Assembly: GCA_048213135.1 (NCBI GenBank)
Contig: PS015401.1
Span: forward strand, 1-64,000
Direction of reading: 5' to 3'
Length of the DNA: 64,000 nucleotides
Source of the DNA: Reclinomonas americana ATCC 50394
Taxonomy: Eukaryota
The notes below the pieces were generated by a model. That model made no database searches and had not been told where the DNA came from. It worked only from the letters and a program-made list of their open reading frames with translations. Of the stretch, positions 24,909 to 36,700 are shown piece after piece. The translations under genes and the position numbers were made by a program. The first letter of the stretch is position 1. Every line of letters starts with the position of its first letter.

Positions 24909-27900
24909 TGGGCGGTGGTTGCTGCAGCTCCAAGCCGGCGGATGTGCGCGACCCAGCGGCGCCAGGACGAATGACTCTCGGTCTTGTGTGATTGAGCACG
25001 CGTACGCATACTGCTGCATGCTCACTCTCGTGCAGGTGGGCTGGAGCCTCACGTCGACCCAGTGGTGCCGCCCGCGAATGTGGTGGCTCGTGCTGTTAAC
25101 GTACCACCGGTGATCGTCAACGTGCCCGAGGTTCCGCATGTGCCCGAGGTGCCTCGTGTGCCTGAGGTGCCTCGCGTGGCCGAAGTTGTGCAACACGTGG
25201 TGGCGCAGCCGGTGGCGCTGGCGGCTGCGGCTGTGGAGACACAAGTGGTGTCGGTGCCGACTGAGGTCGTGGCCAGAGTCGAGGATGTCGTTCCTGGTGT
25301 GTTCGGTTTCGATTTCCTATCGTCTTTGCAACTGGTTTCGTTGTTGATCGTGGTGGCAGAGATCCCGCCGCTGGAGGAGGTTATGCCGTCGCCAAGCATG
25401 TCACTGGCGGAGATTGAGTCAGCTGACATTGTGGTGGGTGTTTCTTGTGCTGTTTGCTGCTGTTGTCTGTGCTGTCCGCTGATGTCTGATGCGGATCGTG
25501 GCGTGTAGGAGGTGGCAACTCCTCCCGCAAACGAGGCACCGGCTAGAAACCTGGTCAACTACTATGCGGCGGAGGAGGAGGGCGAGGCTGCAGATGCTGG
25601 AAGCGTGTCCACTGATCATGCGTTGCCAAAGGTCGACTTGCCGCAGAGCGATCCGCGATACTTTGCGGCGCTGGCCGGCGAGGTGCGTTCTGTGATCGTC
25701 TGACACTGAATGGAGTGTGGTGCTGCCGCTGACACTTGCATGTCTTTTTTTGTGTGCGGTAGTCGCGAACACAGCGCTTGTCGTGCACGGGTACGTTTGT
25801 TGATGTGTCCACTAGGGGCTGTGGTGTAAATGCATTTCTGACAGACTTGGTGGGTGTGCATCGTGCAGCCGCCAGTGTCCGCCTCTTCCTTTTCGACTTT
25901 GTGGCGGAGGTTCAGCTGGAGCAAAAGTTTGTGCATGTGGGAGATGCGCCGGAGGTGATGGAGTATTGCTTCCCCAAGTCGGACACCATGGCTCTCATGG
26001 AATGGAGTGCCACGGTGAACGGCAGCACATTCAAGGTCTCGAGTCGCCGTGCACCACCTTGTGCCACTGTGTTCCCCCACTTTCTGTTGACTTGTGGTGT
26101 TTTGTTTTCAGTTGAATGCGCAGCGCAGCGCGGCCGCACAGAGTGAGATCCCGTCGTGGAAGGAGAGTGCATCTGGTGAGCGTGGTCAGACGATTATGCT
26201 AATGCCGTTGGGTCTTGTGTCGCCCGGCGATGAGGTTGGTCATTGTCGTCATGGACGCGATGCATGATGAATCCAGTGGTTGATTGCGGTGGTGTTCTGT
26301 CTTGTAGGTGTCGGTGTCACTCAAGTATGCGGTGCGTGCCGAGTACGATCGTTTCTCGCGCAGCATTGTTGTGGTGCTCCCGTTGTACATGGCACCCGAG
26401 GCGAGCAGGTGAGTTATCGGATGGAAGAATGATCACTTTGTTCTACGTCAGTTCGTTCACCGCGGACCTGCAATAGTGCATCCAAGGATCCTCTGGTGTC
26501 CGTCTTGTGCCGCATGTCGGACCCCATTGATGACATCCGATCACCATCGCACTCGATTCGTCGACTGCTGCAGGGCACACAGGTCACGTGCGCAAGTCAA
26601 TATCTTGATTCGGTACGCGAAATGGCCCGCTGACAGTTGTACCCACAGGCCCGTGTGCAAGTGATGCCGACGTTTGGTGTCGAGTTCCTCGTGCTGGCTG
26701 TGTATCCCAAGCGCTACTCGTTCCCGATGTGCACTGTGGGTCGCTCACAATCATTTGCCGAGAAGACCGATGCCAACCACGAGTACTGTGTCAATCTCAC
26801 TCTGCGTTGCGTACAACGCGTCGCGGCCAGGGCGCCCCCGTACTGTTCGATGCTGATTTGTCGCGTTCCTGGTTGTAGTGCCACCTCGCGAAATTTTGCC
26901 GGCCGTGCTGCCGAGGGATCGCATGGGCGAACTGAATTGTGACTTTGTGTTCATTCTGGATTGCTCACGCAGTATGAAGGGTGCTCGGTGCGTCAAGCCG
27001 GTGACATGCCCCGCTGTCTGTGGTGGATGTTCGATCGCTAATATATCTGAATCGCACAGCATGACGGAGAGCAAGCGCGCCTTGCTCCTCTTCTTGCAGT
27101 CGCTTACCGTGGGTGCTCACTTCAACGTTGTCAAGTTTGGTGACGAGCATCATCGCATGTGGCCTGTGTGCCGCTCGCTCAACGACGACACCATGGCGGA
27201 GGCTCGGTCCGTTTGCTCTTTTGCAGGCTGTCGTTTTTCTCTGCGAACAACTGACCGTCCTGCGTGCGCGACAGTGCATTCATCAACTCTGCTGACGCCG
27301 ACATGTTTGGCACTCGCCTGTTCCCGGTGCTGGAGGAAATCTACAGTGAGGTCTGTAAGTATTGCACCATGTTTGTCATCACAGCTGCTACGGACACTGA
27401 TTGATTTCTTTGGTGCAGCCGGAGACTGGACGCACTCGCCAGCTGGTGAGCTGCGAGTGGTTGCAGACTTGCGCCTGCCCCGCTCTATGTTGACCTTATT
27501 CGTTTGTGCAGTTCTTGCTGACCGACGGCAAGGTGGCCGTTGACAAGCTGCGTCTGTTGGGTCAAGGTGAGGGCTATAGTTGATAACTGTTTTCTTCACC
27601 CACGCATCCGTTGCTCACTCGGTCCGATCATGCGGTAGTTCGGAACGGTGCGAAGAGCACTCGTGTGTTCACCATTGGCATCGGAGATGAAGTGGATCCG
27701 GACATGGTTGTCGATATTGTGCGTCGTCTCACACGTGCAGATGTTGTGCCAGGAGCTCGTGTGCTAACCACCGAGCACTGTAGGCGCGCTTTGGTAACGG
27801 AGCGTACAACTTTGTGGAGATTGGCCAGCAGAACTTGTCGGATGTGGTCATTTCGCAGCTGGAGACCGCGCTGGTGCCGTCTCTCACGCGCATCACTGTC

Positions 27901-29320
27901 GAGTTCTCGTCTCCAAATGTCCGCCGCTTGTTCGAGCTGATCCCGCCGCTCTTTGCTGCCTCCACCACGCACGTCAGCTTCCTGCTGCCGCGCAACGAAT
28001 CTCTGCGCGTCAAACTCTCGTTCACTGGCCTCGGTGAGTTTGCATATTTCGTCACCAACTGTTGCGCCATTGTGTTGTCCATCTCACCACGGAGTGTGTA
28101 TCCTCTCAGACGGTGTGGAGCAGTCGGCCGAGACTGTAGTGTCGACAGACAAGGCGCACTCGACGTCTGCTGTGCACGCACTCTCTGGTCAATCGTGGTT
28201 GCGCACACTCGAGCTGTGGCACCCCGAGTTGCGTTTCGGGTGCTCTCATTTGTGTTTGTGTGTTGAAGATTGCTAACAGTACTCACTCGTGCACCTGCAG
28301 TCGTGTGGAGGAGATTGCGAGCTGGGCTGTGCCGTTTGCATTCCCAAGCACGCAGTCGCTGGTTGTCGTCGATGAGACGCATGCTGATCCCGAGAATGGT
28401 GAACGATGCTGGTGTTTGTACCGATTTTATGTATGTGGGCCTCATTCGCCAACAGGTCACCATTCCCCCGTGCGTCAGCACCCGGTGCTTGTCAAGGTGC
28501 CCGGATCGAGCTCGACGCAGTTGCGTTTTTTACGAGTGAGCCCAATCAATCTGCGTCCATTGTGTACTGACACACTCTGCGACAGAGCGCTGCAGCGCAC
28601 TCGATCGGCGGCGAGGGTGAGTTTGTGCGCTCGTGTGTGCTCTCTGAATTTTCTGTTGTGACTGATGAACTGTGCGTGCAGAACTCGGCAAGCATGGTCA
28701 AGGCACCGTCGCTGGACCCTGCGCGTGGCCAGCTCGATGCTCTCATGTTTGCGCAGACGGTAATTGATTGTGATGTTTGTGTTGTTTTGTGTAGTATTCG
28801 CACTCCTCACATTCATGTGTCTGTGACACGTAGGCCGGTGGTGCGTGGATTGGCACGGAAGCGTTGTGCCAGATGCTCAGCGTGACGGAGGAGGAGGTGC
28901 GCTTCTGGTGCTGTTGCTCTCTGGTGCGCTGCCTCGTATCGCTCACTATGCAGTACGCAGATTCACGCTGTTCCCGCCGCTCGAGCGTTGCGGAGCATGG
29001 AGCTGTGGTACTCTGCTGTCGCTCTCGCCTCATTGGAGGTGTGTCGCGGTGTTACTTCCCGGTGTGAAGGAGCAACGCTAACAAGGGTGTGTGTGTAGAC
29101 GTTCTTCCCGGCCGAGTTGAATGAGTGGCGTTTGGTGGCCAGCAAGGGTGCCCGATTCCTGGCAACAGAGTTGGGTGTGCGTCCCATGGCCAAGATTCTG
29201 GAGGAGGCTCGTGGCTTTGTGGATGCCTCGTCGTCGCCACTGAAGGGCAGAGCGGTGAGTGCTGCCGCCGTGTCTGCTGCCGCTACGGCGTCAGCTGCAT
29301 CCGGTTCTGGCTCGCGATCG
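24909..29320 (+). CDS. Second VIT-vWA protein region (start codon uncertain), apparently N-terminal part of a fusion gene running to 33698
   Basis: VIT: EVQLEQKF...EYCFPKSDTMALMEWSATVNG; vWA: DFVFILDCSRSMKG, LLLFLQSL...FNVVKFG, VFTIGIGDEVD; C-terminal EWRLVASKGARFL. Confidence 0.82.
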
Positions 29321-29382
29321 GTTGCGTACCTCTCACGGCTCCTCTTCTTTGTCATTGTGCGATGAACTCATTGTGGAGACAG

Positions 29383-32300
29383 ATACAATCCGCCGTACCG
29401 GCTGTGGTTAGCGCCAACCCGGCTGCTGTTGGCCGCGCTGCCCTGCGACCTGTCGGATCGTCGACATCGCCGAGGAGTCTGGCCGCCAGTGCCACGTCAT
29501 CTGCGGCACACACCCTGTCGTCAACGCAGGCATCTGCCGCCGCGACATTGACGCATGCCACGGGAGCGGTGGCTTCCTCTGTGGCTCCAGCTGCGGCGGC
29601 TGCGTCGTCGGCACCGGCGGCAGCCAGTGCCGCTGTGTCTCATGCTGCTGCGGCGCCCGCTCAGGCCGTGCATGCAGCGGCGGCATCAGCGCCGGCAGCG
29701 GCAGCCAATGCCGCTGTCTCTCACGCTGTTGCGGCACCCGCTCAGGCCGTACATGCTGCGGCGGCATCAGCGCCGGCAGCGGCAGCCAATGCCGCTGTGT
29801 CTCATGCTGCTGCGGCGCCCGCTCAGGCCGTACATGCTGCGGCGGCATCAGCGCCGGCAGCGGCAGCCAGTGCCGCTGTCTCTCACGCTGTTGCGGCACC
29901 CGCTCAGGCCGTTCACGCTGCGGCGGCATCAGCGCCAGCAGCGGCAGCTAATACCGCTGTCTCCCACGCTGTGGCTGCCCCCGCTCAGGCCGTTCACGCT
30001 GCTGCGTCGTCGGCACCAGTCGCAGCAGCCAGCGCAGCAGTTGAGCACGCTGTTGCGGCACCCGCTCAGGCCGTGCATGCTGCTGCGTCGTCGGCACCAG
30101 TCGCAGCAGCCAGCGCAGCAGTTGAGCACGCTGTTGCGGCACCGGCTCAGGCCGCGCATGCTGCTGCTTCATCGGCACCTGCTCACGCCGTACAGGCTGC
30201 GGTGGTGGCTCCGGTGGCCGCCGCTGTCAGTGATGTGCACGTAGCGGCCTCCGATGCCGTGGCGGCTGCACCCGCTGCGGCTGATGCGGCTGCGTCACAT
30301 GTTGCTTCGGCTGCGGCTGCCGCGCCTGCTGCTGCAGCGGCGGCAGTGGATGTGGCTGCAACGCATGCGACTTCGGCCGTCGAATCTGCCGCTGGCATTC
30401 GACCGGGTTGCCGCGGTCGCCCAGATTTCTGCACGCTCTCCAGCCATGAGTTCGCGCAGAAGCACCTGGACTTGGAGATTCGCGCTCACTTTGACAGCAA
30501 GCAGCTTGATTGCACGTGCGTTCTTGTGTTTTGGTCTACGTCGCCTGTTGGTGTCATGCTTGCTAACTCTGCACCAACAGTGCCACGTGGACGCTGGAAG
30601 TTGGCCACCGCTCTCTGCCTCTGATCGCATTCGACGCGACGTCGTCTCTCGTCGTGAAATCTGTCGTGTTGTTGGGCGCTGACGGCTCCGCACAACCGCT
30701 GGTGTTCTCGCGCGGTCAGCAGCACGAGATCACTGCGCTCGGGTGCCCGCTGTTGGTAGAGCTATCTTTCGAGGTGACTGGCGAGCAGCGCATTCGCATA
30801 GAGTACGAGGTGTCGTCTGGCGCCTCGGCGCTGCAGTGGCTGGATGTGGCGTTGCGTCTGCTTGCTTGATTGTCGAGACCTTTCATGGCTCGCATCGTTG
30901 TTGTTATATTCATTACTGTTGTTCGTGCAGACAAACTGCCGACAAGAAGGCGCCGTTCGTGTTCAGTCAGTGCCAGGTTTGTCGCCGCGTGCTTGGTTGC
31001 CGCTTCTGTGTGCCTGCTTACCTGTTCTGCACACAGGCCATCCATGCTCGCTCCATTCTGCCGTGCCAGGACACGCCATCACAAAAGTTCACCTATCACG
31101 CCATTGTCGAGTTGCGCATATCGTCCTGGTCATTGTGTATGCTTGAGACTGACACGTGACTGGCTCGCAGATTCCCCGACGGAATGACGGCGCTGATGAG
31201 TGCGAATCGCGTCGATGTGCCCGCTTCCCGATCGGCGCCAGCAAACCGCAAGCTGGCCGCGTTCCACCAACCCGTCGCCATTCCTGTTTCGTTGGTCTTT
31301 GTCGGTTGTCCTTGACTGTTGTTGTTGTACTCACTTTGTTGGCAGTCGTATTTGCTGGCCATTGCCATCGGCGACTTGGCTTCACGGTTGGTGTCTGCTT
31401 TAATGTGCTCCTGCGTTGTCGGACGGTGTGTTGATGGTGTGTCCTTCACGCAGAGTAATCGGTCCGCGCTCGTCTGTGTGGGCCGAGCCGTCCATTGTGC
31501 GTCTGCTGCCTGGCGAATGCATATTGTGATGGTGTCCTCACCAACCCCCTGTGTAGGTGGAGTCGGCCGCGCACGAATTCGCAGAGACCGAGGACTTTAT
31601 CCGCTACGGTGAATGCCAGTGCTTGTTGCTGTTTCTTGCATCTTGCAGTTGCTGATGCATAGGTATGTGTATTGTATGATCTCCGAACAGCCGAGGAAGT
31701 GACTGGTGCGTCCTGAATGCTCGCGATTCTTCGTTTTCCGTGCTTGTCTCACCAGTCGGCATGCCTGCGCAGGTGTACCGTACTTGTGGGGTTCATACGA
31801 CATTCTGGTTCTGCCGCCTTCGTTCCCGTTCGGTGCGTGTGGGGTGCATTGCAGACGCCACTTCCTTGCCGCCGAATTCACTCATTCCTGCTGTTCTCTG
31901 CTCAGGTGGCATGGAGAACCCGGTGCGCTTTTTGTTCTTCGTTTGACATGCTTCACGCATGTGGTGCTCATGTCTCTCGCCTTGTTGCAGCAAATCACGT
32001 TTGCCACTCCGACACTGTTGGCTGGCGACCGCTCGTTGGCGTCGGTCATTGCACACGAAATTGCACACAGCTGGTCCGGCAACCTGGTCACCAATGTGGT
32101 GCGTTTTGCGGCGAAGCCTGCGTGATGGTAAGAGTTGAGCGCTCATGCCTTCCTTTGCTGGCAGACACACGAGTCGTTCTGGCTGAACGAGGGCTTTACC
32201 GTGTTCCTGGAGCGCAAGATTCTTGGTGCGTTGCTGCTTGTGAACAAATCGTGAACAACTGCGCGCCTCACGTGCCGAACTGCGCGATGTAGGACGTGCT

Positions 32301-33698
32301 TGTGGCGAACAGATGCGTCAGTTTGACAGCATCCTCGGCCACATTCATCTGCAGGCTGAGGTGGACCACATTGGCCCGGATCACGACTTTACTTGCCTGT
32401 GCCCTCGGTACGTGTGAGAATTCTCGTAAGTGTGTGTGTGGAGAGAGGTAAAATGCTCACGGATATTGCTGCTTGCAGACTGGAGAACATTGACCCCGAT
32501 GACGTGCGTGCCGCTGATGGTTCTCATCGCCACCGCTTTGCATTATTCTAACCGCATTACCTTTTGCAATGCAGTCATTCAGCTCCATTCCGTACGAGAA
32601 AGGTATTGCGATAAAATGGGCATGGCATTGCACATGATTGGCGTCGCTAACCACTCTGAAACGATGTAGGCTTCTACTTGCTGTATTACCTGGAGGAACT
32701 GGTCGGTGGACCGCAGGCCTTTGAGCCGTTCCTCACTCACTACTTTAACAAGGTTCGCATATCCGCCATGTGGTCAGCCGACTATGTTTGTGTGGCACTG
32801 ACAGCGACTCCACCATAGTACAAGTACCGAACGCTGAGTGCGGAGGAGATGAAGGAGACGTTTATTGAGTTCTTCACTGGCAAGGTCAGTGCTGCAACAC
32901 TGGAGTCGATCGACTGGGAGACGTGGTTCTACACTCCCGGTATGCCGAAGGTCACCAATGTGTACGACCGCACATTGGCCCAGGCGTCTCTGGATCTGGC
33001 ACAAAAGTGCGTGCGTGTGTGCGCGCGTGTGTGTTTCTGTGGTCTGCTGTCGTGACTGACCCACGTGGCCGCTGGTCAGGTGGCACGATGCCAAGGGCGA
33101 GGGCTGTTCGGCGGCTGACATTGCTGGCTGGCACTCACGTCAGACGGGTATGTTCATCACACGTACACTGTTGTTGCTCATTTCGGTCATTTTATCATTC
33201 ACTCTGTTGTCTCCTCCGCAGTGTACTTCCTGCAGCAGCTGATCTTGTCGTCGTGCCCGATGGATCACGATGTCATTCGGCATTTGGACTCGTGCTACTC
33301 ATTCTCGAGGACCAAGAACAGTGGTGCGTCCATGTGTGCTCTCGGGTGCATCGCTGTTGTCTCCCTCTGATCAGTCCGTTCTGCAGAAATCCGCCATCAG
33401 TGGCAGACACTGTGCTTGCACTCCAAGTTTGAGGAGGTCTTCCCTCAAGGTGCGTCGCTCAGCGTGCAGGTGTGTGTTATACGTTCGTGTCTGTCAACTC
33501 ACGCGAGCTGCAAACACAGTTGAGGCGTTTGTTCGCGAGCAGGGTCGCATGAAATTCATCCGACCACTCTATCGTGAACTGGCCAAGTGCAGCGACGCGG
33601 GCCGAGAGCTGGCCCGACGAGTGTTCCTCGAAATGCGAGGCTTTTATCATGGCATTGCTTCAAAGATGGTGGCCAAGGATCTCGGCATTGACTCGTAA
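29383..33698 (+). CDS. LTA4H: Leukotriene A4 hydrolase-like M1 zinc aminopeptidase preceded by Ala-rich linker
   Basis: Spliced: [98 protein letters not shown] ends at 33698. Confidence 0.95.
29608..30180 (+). repeat. 81-nt (27-aa) Ala/His-rich coding tandem repeat, 7 copies
   Basis: GCTCAGGCC recurs at 29659, 29740, 29821, 29902, 29983, 30064, 30145; unit approximately [27 protein letters not shown]. Confidence 0.95.
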
Positions 33699-33750
33699 TA
33701 CGCCGCGGCTCCCCTTGTCACTTCTGCGACGCTGGAGTTACTCTTTCTCT

Positions 33751-36700
33751 TTACGGATCGAGCGCAATGTAAACGGTCTTGGTCTGCATGAGGAGTGAGA
33801 AGGCAGCGAGTGGATTTCGACGTATTGTGTGGCTCGTGGCCAAACCTCGAGATACTGCGTGCAAAATTGTAGGTGAGCACACAGAATCTGTGTAGAGTGC
33901 AGACGCACACAACACAGCAAACCTCGCGAAGACCCTCCTCGCCGTACACGCGCCCAGTGCCCGACCTGCAAGACACTCAGCCCCCACATCAACTGATTGA
34001 CAACCACCACAATGACGCGCAACTGCTTGAATCCTCCAAAGGGTGCGCCAGGCTCCACCACTGTGCACAAACAGTGAGTCACAGAAGGGCACAGAAACAC
34101 ACGCAGCCATTAGCCACGAATTGGACGCACGGCCGTAGCTGTGGTGGCATGCAAAAGGGAGGATGCTGCATGAGAAAAACGAGAAAAGTAACCATCGATG
34201 TGCAAGGATGAACTCACCAGTTGACCCACTGCACACGGGAGGCAGCGACACAGTGCATTATTAGATGAGCGAAGTGTGCGAGACAAGCATAGAGAATCGA
34301 GTGTCAACGAACCACGGTGCCAGCGCGCCTGCACATGGGATGCGACAGCATCAGATATGAGAAATCAACCACACAAGGGGAACAGTGGGTGAACACGCAA
34401 CACGGAGCGCATGATCGCCATGGCCTTCGAGACGTCCTTGACCAACACCGCAGCCGCCAGACCGTACGAGGTGTTGTTCGCCTGGCGTCGTGTGAGGGAA
34501 GAGAAAAAACGAGGGACACGCAAGCAGCAATAACTCAACTTGCGTGATAGCCTCGTCCAGCGAGGTGAACGGCGACACCACCAGGACGGGCCCAAAGATC
34601 TCTGCGGCACTCCACGAGGTGAGGAGCCAAGAGAACAACTACTGCGCATCGCACTGCTGGTGACTCACCCTCCTTGACGATGCGCATGTCGGGAGTGCAA
34701 TCGGCTGCTCCAAAAAGGGATTCAGTCGCACACGAAATAAGTGCACAATACATCGACAACACGCCACCCACCAAAGATTGTCTGCGAAGGACCACAAGTG
34801 GTGTGAGCCATGCAGTCAGAGTGCGAGTAAGATTCACAGACAGCAAAGACGCACCGGCTCGACAAAGTAGCCACGACTGGAGGCGCGCTTGCCTCCGCAC
34901 ATCACGCGGGCACCCTCGCGCTTGCCAATGTCAATGTACGACAGCACGCGACGCATTTGGTCTGCCAGAAAAAAATGAGTCATCGCCGCAGCAAGCAAGC
35001 TGATTCACGATTGCTCAAACAGTCACAAACCCTCGTTAACAAGCGGGCCCTGCTCCGTGTTCTTGTCGAGCGGGTTACCGACGACGCGCTTCTTGGCGCG
35101 AGCAGCCGCCTTTTCCAGGAACTGCAACAGACGGCAAGTGGGCACCGAGTACTCTCAGCATCTCGACGATCAGAAATACAGCAGAACCTTCTCGTACACG
35201 CTGTCTTGCACGTACACGCGCGAACCGGCGCAGCTACACAAGTGGAGGAGGAGGAGGAGGAGGAGGAGGAGGAGGAGTGAATGATGTGGAAAGACAGAGC
35301 GCTACATGCATGGCCAGACTGATACTCACCAGACTTGACCACTGCACCGAAGCGACACGAGGATGAGGACGCGAGGTGAGTGCAGTCGCAAGCAACACAA
35401 CATCAACGCACGTGTTGTAGAAGATGGCATTGTAGCTCTGTTCGACAGCCCAGTCGAGATCGACATCGTCAAAGATGATGAGCGGCGACTGGGATGGAGA
35501 AGTGCAAAAAAGTAAGTGAAATGTGGGGAGATCACAGAGATGATATCGCCAACAGGCCGACCTTGCCACCGAGCTATACGGGAACATCGTGAGCACGCAG
35601 GACTACAATGGGACGTGTGCGCCAATTCAAACGTCACCTCGGTGGTCACGCGCTTCAGGTTGGACTCGGCGGCAGCTGTCGAAAACAGTCAGCGACAGAT
35701 TCGGCGGAAGTGAACTCGAGTCACTCACCCTTGTGAACCAGACGGCCCACTGTCGTGTATGCAGATTGAGATGAGTGGTCAAAACGGGAAGACAGCAATT
35801 TGCACACGACAAACCTTCCGTCGACTGCGGAAGACACAGGCGAGAAGACAAACAACGAATGAGTCGCGAGGTAGTCAGCGGAGAGGAGAAAGGGGAAGAG
35901 AGGGGGAAGACGGAAGGGGAAAGACGAAGGGGGAATGGGGGGAGTGAAGGAGGGAGAAGGAGGGGGAAGAGAGGGATGGGGGAAGAGAAGGGGGAAGTGA
36001 GGGGGAAGACGTATGAGAGGAAGAGAAAGGCGATGAGCTCAGAGACAAAAGAGAGATATAGTCGAGATGAGTGAGGGAGAAAAGGAGAGCGAGTGAGACA
36101 ACAGCTGCACAAGCATGGAGGGCGACGCAACTCCAGTGAATGAAACCTTGTCGACGTCCATGTGGCGCTGCATTGGGGTGAGATATCAGAGACTGTCGAT
36201 GATTGATTGAAGAAGAGAAACGCACAGTCAACGCTTCGCCAGTCTCCGCCGCACCCGGCACAATGTTAACGACACCTGCGGCGATGTGAGCGACAGCAAC
36301 GTCAAGGGGGCGGCACAAGTGCACAAACCAGGCGGGATGCCGGCTTCCAGCACCAACGTGCCAATGTAGAGAGCCGACAGTGGGGTCTGCTCGGCGGGCT
36401 TGAGCACGACGGTGCAGCTGAAAAGAAGTCACAGTGAGTGCCACCACGTTGATGTATCAGCCCTACAAGTGACGCCCGACATACCCAGCAGCCAGGGGAG
36501 GCGCGATGCGAGATATGGCCATGAGGAAGGGGAACTGCGTGGCGACAAAGTGATTGAGCAGCTGAATCGACTGCATGAATCATGCACACGCGTGTAAGCG
36601 CAACGTTGAATGGCCTGTGGGGAGTTGTGTACGTGGTGAGAATAAGATGAGCGCACGAGCAGAGCAAGGTCACAGTGACTCACACAATGAGGCCGCAGAC

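Noticed and set aside
29608-30180. CRISPR-like array
   Set aside because: Units are contiguous 81-nt in-frame coding repeats without unique spacers; no cas genes; eukaryotic context.
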